The notes under the pieces were generated by a model. The model had not been told where the DNA came from, did no database searches, and was given only the letters and a program-made list of their open reading frames with translations. From NCBI GenBank assembly GCA_964536565.1, contig CAZHXK010000001.1:1-46502 (forward strand): a DNA stretch of 46,502 bases, in the 5' to 3' direction. The DNA comes from an uncultured Gammaproteobacteria bacterium. GTDB taxonomy: Bacteria; Patescibacteriota; Patescibacteriia; Magasanikbacterales; GCA-002688135. A program made the translations under genes and the position numbers. Shown piece by piece: positions 24,753 to 32,823 of this stretch (position 1 is the first letter of the stretch; each line of letters opens with the position of its first letter).

Positions 24753-25892
24753 CTATAGCTCGTTTTGAGGCCAGACTTGGCCAGCACGGTTCACCTTGAT
24801 GAGCCACGGTGTGTTGGTGACATATTTTTGGAATTCGTTTATGTCATCCGGTTGGTAATCCCACGTCTTGTCCTTTTCTTCTGAATAGAAGTCGACGTGG
24901 TACTCCGCTTGTCGCACGTTGCGTAAGTCACTCCGTCCGCCCAGATCGAAATCCGGCCAGTGTTCTTCGTGACTCTCTCCGCCTGCTGTTTGCGTTTGGA
25001 TGACGTCCCACTCGTGATAATCGTATGAGCACCACTCGTCGTATACAGCGCATTGGTCGTAGCAGGTGTCGTACTCCGTGCAGGAATCGTAGCACGTACT
25101 ACATGTTGTACTGCACGATGCGTAGCCATTCCCATTACTACTACAGCTCTCTCTGCAATTACAGTCGTGCGGGTTACAGTCCACCTGATGTGGATTACAG
25201 TCGTGCGGGTTACAGTCCTCCGTCCCACGCTGCTTCGTCGAGCAACTCGTATTATGTGCATCACTGGGCATGTTTCCATCCCAGTCTTCGCCGTGCTTGA
25301 GGTGGCGCTCCTCCAGGTCAACTGTGTGCTGCCACTGGATTCCTGTGATGGTCGTGTTTACTTCGTACGGCATGAATAGCCAGAACAAGAGCAAGGCCAC
25401 GACCACGATGACGCCAAGGAAAATCCAGACGCGCAGATTTTCTGCGTTCCGAATGCTGTCCATGAAGTCGTTATCGTCGTCTACCTCAGTGGCGTGCGTG
25501 TTTCCCCATCCGTACTGACTGGGAATCAACTGCTGAGAGCTAACCGCAGGGCGGTACGTCCTTGTTTCGTACTGTTCGGGATGATATTGCTTTGGCGCGC
25601 GTGCCTCAGGGTGATAGCCGAGCGTGTCCTTCTTGCCACCACATCCGTCACAGTCGCCGACAAGGTTTCTCTTGTGGCCGCCGCACATCTCACACTCCCA
25701 GTTCGCACCAGCATTCGCCTCACGCAGTCGAGCTGGATCTGTGACCGTAGGCGCACTCTCCGTGTCCCTCGGCATGTCGTACGTCTCACTGCCGTCCTTC
25801 GGATTCTTGCACCCACCACAGCGCATATAACGACCCCAGTTTCGGTGCTCACAATGAGAGCACGTCCACAGCATCTCGATTATCCGAGACAT
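24753..25892 (-). CDS. double zinc-ribbon, single-pass membrane protein with Cys-rich extracytoplasmic domain
   Basis: GGAGGTG SD precedes the ATG at 25892. Two CxxC...CxxC ribbons (CSHCEH..CGGCKN; CEMCGG..CDGCGG) are followed by a TM helix VWIFLGVIVVVALLLFWLF. The Cys-rich repeats follow (DCNPHDCNPHQVDCNPHDCNC...). Confidence 0.75.
   Translation of the reverse strand: MSRIIEMLWTCSHCEHRNWGRYMRCGGCKNPKDGSETYDMPRDTESAPTVTDPARLREANAGANWECEMCGGHKRNLVGDCDGCGGKKDTLGYHPEARAPKQYHPEQYETRTYRPAVSSQQLIPSQYGWGNTHATEVDDDNDFMDSIRNAENLRVWIFLGVIVVVALLLFWLFMPYEVNTTITGIQWQHTVDLEERHLKHGEDWDGNMPSDAHNTSCSTKQRGTEDCNPHDCNPHQVDCNPHDCNCRESCSSNGNGYASCSTTCSTCYDSCTEYDTCYDQCAVYDEWCSYDYHEWDVIQTQTAGGESHEEHWPDFDLGGRSDLRNVRQAEYHVDFYSEEKDKTWDYQPDDINEFQKYVTNTPWLIKVNRAGQVWPQNEL
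25158..25218. repeat. 25-nt perfect direct repeat, 36-nt period, inside the Cys-rich domain
   Basis: ATTACAGTCGTGCGGGTTACAGTCC occurs at 25158-25182 and again at 25194-25218. It encodes the DCNPHDCN units. Confidence 0.85.
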
Positions 25893-25979
25893 AATGCACC
25901 TCCTCAATTCTCTATCATGTGTAAAATGATCTGTGATTCTTGCGATTTCTCTTTCAGAGCTCCTCCCAAGAAACATCAT

Positions 25980-26008
25980 AATATAGCACAAAAATGAGCT
26001 TTTGTCAA
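25980..26008 (-). promoter_or_regulatory. sigma70-type promoter
   Basis: Minus strand: TTGACA (26008-26003), 17 nt spacer, gTGcTATATT (-10 hexamer 25985-25980). Confidence 0.7.
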
Positions 26009-26169
26009 CCCTAGCGCTCTTTATTTGCCTAATTAAACTGCGCGTGCTAGTATCTATCGACACAAAAGACTCGCATAATTTATTTCGTCGGTATGTTTGG
26101 TCTCACGTGTTTTATAAATAGAGAGATGGCGTAACTTTCGAAGTTTGTCGTTTCTCGCAAACCGAATCT

Positions 26170-26367
26170 ATGACCGGAACAATCCAACGAAAGATGGACA
26201 AAGGTTACGGATTCATCGCATCACCAGAAATGGAAAAAGATCTCTTTTTCCACGCCAAGGAATTGGTTGGTGTAATGTTCGATGAATTGACTGAAGGTGA
26301 CGCAGTAACTTTCGAAGTTGCTGAGGGACCTAAAGGCATGAACGCTGTAAACGTTCAACGCGCGTAA
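26170..26367 (+). CDS. cold-shock domain protein (CspA family)
   Basis: RNP-1-like KGYGFI and RNP-2-like LFFHA motifs in a 65-aa protein. The 5' UTR region is about 100 nt long. Confidence 0.9.
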   Translation: MTGTIQRKMDKGYGFIASPEMEKDLFFHAKELVGVMFDELTEGDAVTFEVAEGPKGMNAVNVQRA

Positions 26368-26376
26368 CCCCATTTT

Positions 26377-26404
26377 GAAAACCGCCTCTTGAGGCGGTTT
26401 TTGT
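26377..26404 (+). terminator. intrinsic terminator
   Basis: ACCGCCTC-tt-GAGGCGGT followed by T5. Confidence 0.8.
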
Positions 26405-26474
26405 TATGTTCTAATAATGCTATAATATAAGACTTTTAGGATTCGCTTCAGTCAAATTCACTAACATTATTTCT

Positions 26475-26876
26475 ATGGAACTAGAGACATTCGGCATGCT
26501 GAATATCGTACTGTTGATTGTAATGTATGCCTACGCTGCATTTTGTTTACAGAAAATTGCCACACGACTAGGTGTTTCGCATGCATGGCTCGCATGGATA
26601 CCTGTTGCTAATGTATTTATCGTTTTGGAGGCCGCTCGTAAACCGCTGTGGTGGTTCATTCTCATCCTTATTCCACTAGTGAACCTTGTGATTACTATTA
26701 TGGCGTGGGCAGCGGTAGCAAAGAATCTCGGACGAACAGGATGGCATGGGTTATTCATCATGATTCCGCTTGTTAACTTTGTTACACTCGGCATGATGGC
26801 TTTCGGAACTGCAGGAGCGCCAGCAGCACAGGCAGCTCCACCAACACCACCGCAACCTCCTGCACCACAAGCATAG
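26475..26876 (+). CDS. DUF5684-like small membrane protein with Pro/Ala-rich tail
   Basis: Motifs AWLAWIPVANVFIVLEAARKPLWWFILILIPLVN and a second IPLVNFV repeat. The C-terminus is APPTPPQPPAPQA. Confidence 0.75.
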   Translation: MELETFGMLNIVLLIVMYAYAAFCLQKIATRLGVSHAWLAWIPVANVFIVLEAARKPLWWFILILIPLVNLVITIMAWAAVAKNLGRTGWHGLFIMIPLVNFVTLGMMAFGTAGAPAAQAAPPTPPQPPAPQA

Positions 26877-26884
26877 TTGAATAT

Positions 26885-26912
26885 AAATCTCGGTTCTCGC
26901 CGAGATTTTTTG
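26885..26912 (+). terminator. intrinsic terminator
   Basis: ATCTCGG-ttctcg-CCGAGAT followed by T6. Confidence 0.8.
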
Positions 26913-26915
26913 ATA

Positions 26916-26940
26916 CAAAAAAACCGCCGTAGCGGTTCAC
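26916..26940 (-). terminator. intrinsic terminator
   Basis: Minus strand: AACCGC-tacg-GCGGTT followed by T7. Confidence 0.75.
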
Positions 26941-26964
26941 TCGCGTTGGGTATGTAGTTATATC

Positions 26965-27579
26965 CTAGAGACCGAAGATCTCATACCTGAGCTTGGGGGC
27001 TATCTCTGTAAAGAATCGCTCACATACCTGCGTGTGCATCGGAAACGCAAGCTCCTCCATTTCATAGATTACTCGTGCGCCAGCCACCTCAATGTTTGCA
27101 GCGTCATCTGCAGCCGCCTTAAAGGTCTTCATCGCATCAGCGCAGGACAACGCGGGTGCCATACAGAACATCAGGTTCTTAGTGCCATCCGGTGTTGTCA
27201 TCATCATGCCCAAATCTTTGATAGACTCCTGCTCATGACGAATCCCAACCTCTTCGAACTCCTCCCGAGTAGCAGCGACACGCCAGTCCTCAATTCCTTG
27301 AAATCCACCAGGATACGCCCACTTGAGGTAACCAGGATCACCCTGTTTTCCTCGACGGATAATGAGAAGCCCAACCTTTCTGTGTAATTCCCTGTCGTCG
27401 TAGATCGGCTGTAGTACCACAGGCACCGTCACTGCATTCATGTAGACCACTTTGGTGCATCCACCACTCGCGCACGGCAATCCACCATCCTCATTAAGAA
27501 CCTTTGGCTCCGGGTATCGTGCCCCACATCTGTAGCAGACGTTGTAATCAGAGAAATACTCAAGTAGTCGTTGTGTCAT
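26965..27579 (-). CDS. NUDIX hydrolase with N-terminal zinc ribbon
   Basis: AAGGAAG SD precedes the ATG at 27579. The ribbon is CYRCG...C..GGC. The Nudix box is PGGFQGIEDWRVAATREEFEEVGI. Confidence 0.85.
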   Translation of the reverse strand: MTQRLLEYFSDYNVCYRCGARYPEPKVLNEDGGLPCASGGCTKVVYMNAVTVPVVLQPIYDDRELHRKVGLLIIRRGKQGDPGYLKWAYPGGFQGIEDWRVAATREEFEEVGIRHEQESIKDLGMMMTTPDGTKNLMFCMAPALSCADAMKTFKAAADDAANIEVAGARVIYEMEELAFPMHTQVCERFFTEIAPKLRYEIFGL

Positions 27580-27663
27580 ATCACTTCCTTTTTGTAAAAG
27601 ACCTTTGTAATTTAGCACTTTTTTCCACTCATGTCAATGGTATGGCGGCAAGTGTACTGCTAT

Positions 27664-27786
27664 TCAGTACACTTTTCCGTTCTTTTCGTCACCATCTGTT
27701 TCTGGGGTGATTACATAACCGTCACCGCGCATGTTACGAAGACATCTTCTTCTTTCGAGTGACTTCGTATCATTCTCTCGCCTCAT
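27664..27786 (-). CDS. small basic/acidic protein (40 aa), not in the ORF track
   Basis: GGAGGAG lies 7 nt before the ATG at 27786. Translation: MRRENDTKSLERRRCLRNMRGDGYVITPETDGDEKNGKVY. It sits just downstream of the DnaA-box cluster. Confidence 0.4.
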   Translation of the reverse strand: MRRENDTKSLERRRCLRNMRGDGYVITPETDGDEKNGKVY

Positions 27787-27831
27787 TTTGTACTCCTCCC
27801 CTGCTCCTGCGTTACCTACATGTACCAATTT

Positions 27832-27885
27832 TTCTGTGGATAAACTGTGGAGACTGTGTACATATCCACAGAAATCTGTGCATAA
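27832..27885. promoter_or_regulatory. cluster of four DnaA-box-like 9-mers including an 11-bp inverted repeat
   Basis: The four boxes are: TGTGGATAA at 27835-27843, the perfect complement of TTATCCACA; TGTGGAGAC at 27846-27854 (7/9); ATATCCACA at 27862-27870 (8/9); TGTGCATAA at 27877-27885 (8/9). The inverted repeat is TTCTGTGGATA (27832-27842) / TATCCACAGAA (27863-27873). Confidence 0.6.
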
Positions 27886-27957
27886 CTCCTCGAGTCGCTG
27901 ATTTTGTTGAACTTAATGTCTAGGCTCCGCGCAACTAATTTAAGTGAAAAAGGGACA

Positions 27958-27986
27958 TTGACAAAACCGGTTTTTAGTGCTATACT
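27958..27986 (+). promoter_or_regulatory. sigma70-type promoter (TTGACA-17 nt-TGcTATACT)
   Basis: -35 TTGACA at 27958-27963, extended -10 aGTGcTATACT ending at 27986. It matches the promoter at 2594-2622 in 27 of 29 positions. Confidence 0.75.
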
Positions 27987-27992
27987 ATATTT

Positions 27993-28468
27993 GTAACTGA
28001 GATGACCGGTCGCACTCCACTTCCGCATCTGAGTTGCAGCACAAAGTTACAACGTACGGTTCACTACCACCACTACTATGGCCGTACCAAATCAACCACT
28101 ACAATTCGTTCTTTGCCACAACTGATTACATTTCTTCCTTCTAGGGAGAATTGGGTTTAACCTCTTTCTCCATCATTCTGCTCGGCTTTCTTACGTACAT
28201 ACCACACAGGACACTGCATGGCATGCTCATAAGTTTGGGACCCGCTCGCGGATCATCCCGCAGTTAGGGTAGGAAGATGAGGTAAGTTTCTCGGACAGTC
28301 CAGGAGAGTTGTTTTGCAGATGCGTATATCGTGAGATGCAGGCTAGCTACGGTTAGCGTTTATCACATGTCGCTCTATACGCGTCTGCAGGTACTCGTCG
28401 ATTGCCCGAAGGGGGTACTCCAGGCTTTAAGCAACACTGTAAGGCTGTCGGAGACCCCTCTTTTTTTT
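27993..28468 (+). ncRNA. candidate structured non-coding RNA 2 (unknown family), about 480 nt
   Basis: Runs from the consensus promoter to a hairpin plus T8 terminator, with no credible ORF on either strand. Hand-found helices: 5' hairpin TTGTAACTGAGATG...CATCTGAGTTGCAG; GTACGG...CCGTAC; a 14-bp stem TGCAGATGCGTATA (28315-28328) / TATACGCGTCTGCA (28376-28389). Confidence 0.5.
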
Positions 28469-28470
28469 AC
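28409..28470 (+). terminator. intrinsic terminator of candidate ncRNA 2
   Basis: GGGGTACTCC (28411-28421) pairs with GGAGACCCC (28450-28459), followed by T8. Confidence 0.6.
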
Positions 28471-28533
28471 AAATTTTTTTTCATTACACGCTGATCAGCT
28501 AAAACGGGTGGTAACTATTATCCCCAATCTAGC

Positions 28534-28562
28534 TTGACACTGTTGGTTTTTAAGCGGATAAT
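28534..28562 (+). promoter_or_regulatory. sigma70-type promoter
   Basis: TTGACA (28534-28539), 17 nt spacer, GATAAT (28557-28562). Confidence 0.7.
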
Positions 28563-28589
28563 AGGTCTATAATTTTGATATTCGAATAT

Positions 28590-28970
28590 ATGGCTGGTCA
28601 CAGTGCAACTTTCATTAAAGACATGAGTGCCAAGCTTCTTGAAGAAGAGGCTCGCTTGAAATCTGAATTAGGACAAATCGCAGATCCTCACGCTGAAGGT
28701 GGTACTGAGTACGAAACTCGTTTTCCCAATTACGGTGATTCTGAGGAAGACAATGCAGCAGAGGTTGAAGATTTTAGTCACAACATCGCCATGAAGGATA
28801 CACTTACTAAAGAGCTGGCTGACGTACAGAAGACGCTAGCGCGCCTTGAGGAAGGTGGATATGGTATTTGTAAGTATTGTGATCAACCTATTGAAGAAAA
28901 ACGCTTAGAAGCGCGTCCTACGTCCAACTCATGTGTTGCATGTAAGAAAGCCTTGAAGCAAGAGATTTAA
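28590..28970 (+). CDS. DksA/TraR-family C4 zinc-finger protein
   Basis: C-terminal CKYCDQPIEEKRLEARPTSNSCVACK, preceded by an acidic coiled-coil region. The tracked TTG at 28575 falls at about the predicted TSS, so the ATG at 28590 is preferred. Confidence 0.85.
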   Translation: MAGHSATFIKDMSAKLLEEEARLKSELGQIADPHAEGGTEYETRFPNYGDSEEDNAAEVEDFSHNIAMKDTLTKELADVQKTLARLEEGGYGICKYCDQPIEEKRLEARPTSNSCVACKKALKQEI

Positions 28971-28973
28971 ATC

Positions 28974-29426
28974 ATGTTGTCTCGAAGAAAAGCGACATTA
29001 CTCATTTCAGTGTCGTTTTTTTTGTTGGTGATTGATCGTGTACTCAAATCCTTGGTTAATAGGATAAGTGACGTGGAGGTTTTAATTCCGAATGTCTTGC
29101 ACTTCCGTCTTTTTGAGAATGACAGAATTGCTTTTAGTTTGCCGATTGAATGGGGTATGTGGCTGAATGCTGTAGCGCTTATTGTTATTGCGTTCGTCGT
29201 CGTTAAGGCCTATACATCACTTAAACAGTCTTATTTTTACGAGTCCGCCTTGTGGGGTACCGTGTTTCTAGGCGCCTCCTCGAATATGTACGATAGACTT
29301 ACACTCGGATTCGTGATTGACTACGCGCATATTCCACCATCGTCTTTTTTTAACATCGCCGATCTCTTGATTGCTGCCGGTGTCATACTGCTTTTTTTCA
29401 TCAAACCTAAAATTTGTAGGATATGA
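28974..29426 (+). CDS. lspA: lipoprotein signal peptidase II
   Basis: Four TM helices, with NDRIAFS (N.G.AF-type) and FNIADLLIAAGVILLF (FN.AD) motifs. Confidence 0.85.
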   Translation: MLSRRKATLLISVSFFLLVIDRVLKSLVNRISDVEVLIPNVLHFRLFENDRIAFSLPIEWGMWLNAVALIVIAFVVVKAYTSLKQSYFYESALWGTVFLGASSNMYDRLTLGFVIDYAHIPPSSFFNIADLLIAAGVILLFFIKPKICRI

Positions 29427-30592
29427 AATACATCGTTCAAGTAGGCCGGGAGCCAGCACTCGCGGTATCTGAAATTTTGACGCTCGCCGATACATATAAC
29501 GTATCGGTTTCTCTTTCATGGATTCATGATTCTTTGGTGTGCTTTGAGGCTGAGCAAGAGTGCGATTTTATTTCCACCGACAGACTTGGTGGTGCAATGA
29601 AAGTCATTGAACCCGTTGAATATATTGAGGGCGATGTTGTACAGACCATTGCTGATCATGTTTTGAAAGCTGAAGGTAAAATTACATTTGGTGTGAGTTC
29701 GTGGATTTCTGGAGATGAGTACGCACCGCAACATGTATGCCCTGCCGTAAAGCAGCTTGTCCGAGAACAAGAGCGCACTGCTCGATTTATTTTGCCGAAG
29801 CGAAAACAATTGGATGCCGCTGTTATTATTCATAGCGACATCCTTACTTCTGGAGGCGAGTTTCACATCATCCCAGAGGGAGATCGAGTACTGCTCGGAC
29901 GTACGTTGTCCGTCCATAACATCGATGACTGGGGACGGCGTGATTTTAAAAAGCCAGCGCGCGATGCAAAACGAGGCATGCTTCCTCCAAAGCTTGCTCG
30001 TACTATGGTAAACCTGGCTGGTGTTTCTGAGGGTAGAATGCTTGATCCTTTTTGTGGAACAGGAACGGTTTCCATGGAAGCTTCTTTGTTGGGATACACA
30101 GCGATTGCGAGTGATGCTGATCCTGCTGCTATCGAAGCCACTCAAAAAAATGCGGACTGGATGGTTGAACAGTACCAAACACAACCAATCGAAGTCTTGC
30201 AAAGTGACGCACGTGACGTCGCTCGTCGAGTCAAAGAACCAGTTGTGGCGATCGTCACGGAACCATATTTAGGGAACCCAAATAAACTTACACATGCACA
30301 GCGAGAAGAGCATGCCGTCGGAATCGCAGATTTGTATGCTGACGCTTTAAAAAATTGGACGAAAATTTTGGAGACTGGCGCACGCGTCGTCATGGTTATT
30401 CCACTATACAAAACCAGAGAAGGACTAGTTCAGATTCCTATCCATACTCGTTTTAAAAAACTTGGCTACAGAATTATTCCACCCATGTCTCCCCTGTCTT
30501 TGGATGATGAGCGTTCTCCGGCCGGAAATCTGCTCTATGGTCGTGATGATCAGCGTGTTCTACGAGAGATCATTCTCTTATTAAAGCTGTAA
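29423..30592 (+). CDS. THUMP-like N-terminal domain + UPF0020/Trm11-type RNA (guanine-N2) methyltransferase
   Basis: SAM motif MLDPFCGTGTVSMEA, motif IV-like TEPYLG, and GMLPPKLARTMVNLA. ATGA overlap with lspA. Confidence 0.75.
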   Translation: MKYIVQVGREPALAVSEILTLADTYNVSVSLSWIHDSLVCFEAEQECDFISTDRLGGAMKVIEPVEYIEGDVVQTIADHVLKAEGKITFGVSSWISGDEYAPQHVCPAVKQLVREQERTARFILPKRKQLDAAVIIHSDILTSGGEFHIIPEGDRVLLGRTLSVHNIDDWGRRDFKKPARDAKRGMLPPKLARTMVNLAGVSEGRMLDPFCGTGTVSMEASLLGYTAIASDADPAAIEATQKNADWMVEQYQTQPIEVLQSDARDVARRVKEPVVAIVTEPYLGNPNKLTHAQREEHAVGIADLYADALKNWTKILETGARVVMVIPLYKTREGLVQIPIHTRFKKLGYRIIPPMSPLSLDDERSPAGNLLYGRDDQRVLREIILLLKL

Positions 30593-30661
30593 TTCATTAT
30601 TGACATCTTACAACCCTCTTGCTAACCTTTTTCCACTAGATCTTTCAAGAGGAACCTTTAA

Positions 30662-31318
30662 ATGAATCAGCCAGCACTTGTAGTCCTTGTCCGTCACATG
30701 GAGTCGGTCGGCAATACCATTAAGAGTGGTGATGAACGAGCCACACACGAACTCCCCATTCACGCATTCCCCATTACGGAGCGTGGTAAAACTCAGGGCG
30801 CAGCAGTACATAAAGTTGTTTCTAGCTATTACGGCAAGTTCGACCATCACTTCTGTTCAACATATCTTCGTACACGCCAGAGCCTAGCTCTCGTTGCCCC
30901 CGATGTTGATCCGACTGAGGACGCGCGACTTGATGAGTGGGATAAGGGCGTCTGGTATCAGATGACCGAAGCAGAAGTTCTGAGGCGATATTCAAACGAG
31001 GATCGTGTTCAGGATAAGACCGGCACGTATCATTACCACGCCCCTGGCGGCGAGACTGGTACAGATGTTGAGTGTCGGATTCGAAGCTTCCTGAATCATC
31101 TACAGCTTAACTGCTCAGGTGAAAAAGTTCTCATCTCGTGTCATGGACGCTGGTTGTTCTTTCTTCAGAAAATTCTACTGAACCATCAAGGCACAACAGT
31201 CACCATGGATACGTACCTCGAAAATGGATCGATTACTGTTCTTCTAGGAAAAGGACGCACACTCACACTTGAACAGTTTGCTATCCCATACAATAATTTT
31301 GGAAACACATCTATATAG
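30662..31318 (+). CDS. histidine phosphatase (phosphoglycerate mutase-like) family protein
   Basis: N-terminal LVRHMES (RHGE-type) and ISCHGRWL second His motif. Confidence 0.75.
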   Translation: MNQPALVVLVRHMESVGNTIKSGDERATHELPIHAFPITERGKTQGAAVHKVVSSYYGKFDHHFCSTYLRTRQSLALVAPDVDPTEDARLDEWDKGVWYQMTEAEVLRRYSNEDRVQDKTGTYHYHAPGGETGTDVECRIRSFLNHLQLNCSGEKVLISCHGRWLFFLQKILLNHQGTTVTMDTYLENGSITVLLGKGRTLTLEQFAIPYNNFGNTSI

Positions 31319-31321
31319 TAT

Positions 31322-31350
31322 AAACACAGCATTAGGCTGTGTTTTTTGTT
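31322..31350 (+). terminator. intrinsic terminator
   Basis: ACACAGC-atta-GGCTGTGT followed by T6. Confidence 0.75.
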
Positions 31351-31420
31351 CTTTACTAAAGGGCTTTTTTAATCAAAGAAATCGGCGTGAGCCGAAATTA
31401 TAATCCCTTTCCTTATTGGT

Positions 31421-31553
31421 TTTCGCCCTTAGATTTTTTCGGGATCAGCGAGACGCAGTTTTTTCAGAAACACATTTTTACTGTCTGAGCATTTGAGCGA
31501 GTTTAAAAATGTGTCTGAAAAATCAAGTCGAGCCCTGAAAATGTCTCGGGCGA
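31421..31553. repeat. about 130-bp imperfect palindrome (three nested helices)
   Basis: Outer helix TCGCCC/GGGCGA, middle helix AGATTTTTTCGGG/CCCTGAAAATGTCT, inner helix TTTTTCAGAAACACATTTTTA/TAAAAATGTGTCTGAAAAA. It lies in a 440-nt non-coding gap. Confidence 0.7.
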
Positions 31554-31761
31554 GGTTTTTTGTGGCTTTTTTAAAAAAAGTAAGGCCAGCTGGACCTCCG
31601 AGTAAACCAAATCTCGAGTTCTATATAACATACGGTTTCAAAAGCGAAATCCGGATCAAATCAGGGATGACACATTTACGTATAATATACTGAATACCGC
31701 ACGGAATGCCTCATTCTTCAGGATGACGAGCAGATGACACGCTGTTGTCGTGACACACCCC

Positions 31762-32823
31762 CTATCCCCCAATCTTAAAGAAACATACATCTCCGTCTTT
31801 CATAATGTATGTCTTTCCCTCTAGCCGTATCTTTCCTGTGCCCTTGAGACCACTCCACCCATTATGCTCAACAAAGTCTTCGTATGTTGCGATTTCGGCT
31901 GCAATAAATTTCTTTTCAAAATCTCCATGGATTTTTCCTGCAGCTTGTGGTGCTGCCGTTCCTTCGTCTATCGTCCATGCTCGTGTTTCTTGTTCACCTG
32001 ATGTCATGTACGTCATGAGGTGTAGAAGTTTGTATCCCGTTGTAATGACGCGAGATAATCCGCTTTCCTCCATTCCGAGTTCCTTCATGAAATCAGCAGC
32101 CTCTTCATCTGAAAGTTCCGAAAGTTCAGCTTCAATTTTTGCAGAAATAGGAACAATCGGACATGAGAAATTTCCTTTGAGTGTTTCTTCTTCTCCCCCT
32201 TCGTCTATATTTTGAATGATGAAGTATGGTTTTGCAGTGAGGAGTGATAGTTGTTTCGCGAGATATTCATCCCCTTCCTCCATGATATCAATAACGGATT
32301 TCCCGTTGTTTAATTGTGTTTTAAATCGTTCGAGAATTTCCGCCTCTTTTTCCATTTCCTTTGTTGATCCCGCTTTCATGACACCTCGTGTTTTTTCTAA
32401 CCGCTTTTCTACTGTAGCGAGATCTGCCATTGCCAGCTCAATAATAATAACATCCAAATCGTTTTCAGGGTCGACTTCTCCGTGTACATGCATGACATCT
32501 TTATCGGTAAACGCTCGAATGACATGTGCGATGGCATCCACCTCTCGAATATGTGCGAGGAACTGATTCCCCAACCCCTCACCTTCGGATGCACCTTTCA
32601 CCAACCCAGCAATATCCACAAATTCAATTGTTGCCGGAATGATCTTCTGCGTGTTTGATATTTCTGCAAGTTTCGCAAGTCGTTTATCTGGGACATCAAC
32701 AATACCGACCGATGGGTCGATCGTGGCAAATGCGTAGTTTGCGATAAGCGTTTGTTTTTTTGTAAGAGCCTTGAACAAGGTTGATTTCCCTACGTTCGGC
32801 AGCCCAACGATTCCTATTTTCAT
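31762..32823 (-). CDS. ychF: redox-regulated ATPase YchF (Obg-family GTPase fold)
   Basis: G1 motif [17 protein letters not shown]-like C-terminus and full length of 353 aa. Confidence 0.95.
   Translation of the reverse strand: MKIGIVGLPNVGKSTLFKALTKKQTLIANYAFATIDPSVGIVDVPDKRLAKLAEISNTQKIIPATIEFVDIAGLVKGASEGEGLGNQFLAHIREVDAIAHVIRAFTDKDVMHVHGEVDPENDLDVIIIELAMADLATVEKRLEKTRGVMKAGSTKEMEKEAEILERFKTQLNNGKSVIDIMEEGDEYLAKQLSLLTAKPYFIIQNIDEGGEEETLKGNFSCPIVPISAKIEAELSELSDEEAADFMKELGMEESGLSRVITTGYKLLHLMTYMTSGEQETRAWTIDEGTAAPQAAGKIHGDFEKKFIAAEIATYEDFVEHNGWSGLKGTGKIRLEGKTYIMKDGDVCFFKIGG

Noticed and set aside
25494-25997. 167-aa plus-strand ORF, plus 24839-25321 and 25526-25852 minus-strand alternative frames, within the zinc-ribbon gene.
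   Set aside because: These are alternative-frame or antisense products of a GC-richer, repeat-containing gene with Arg/Thr-rich nonsense translations.
28290-28430. RNase P RNA: GGACAGTCCAGG (28293-28304) resembles CR-I GGAAAGTCCGGG, and ACTCCAGGCTTTA (28417-28429) resembles CR-V ACCCGGCTTA.
   Set aside because: The two elements are only about 120 nt apart, against about 290 nt in bacterial RNase P. Both carry CCAGG, so P4 would have a central A-A mismatch. No other conserved regions were found (GGTAAG..GTGAAA, ACAGAA, P10-12 elements). It is worth a cmsearch but is not called.
31351-31761. Degenerate CRISPR array or leader in the repeat-rich non-coding gap.
   Set aside because: The repeats are inverted, not regularly spaced direct repeats. 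There are no cas genes in the window.
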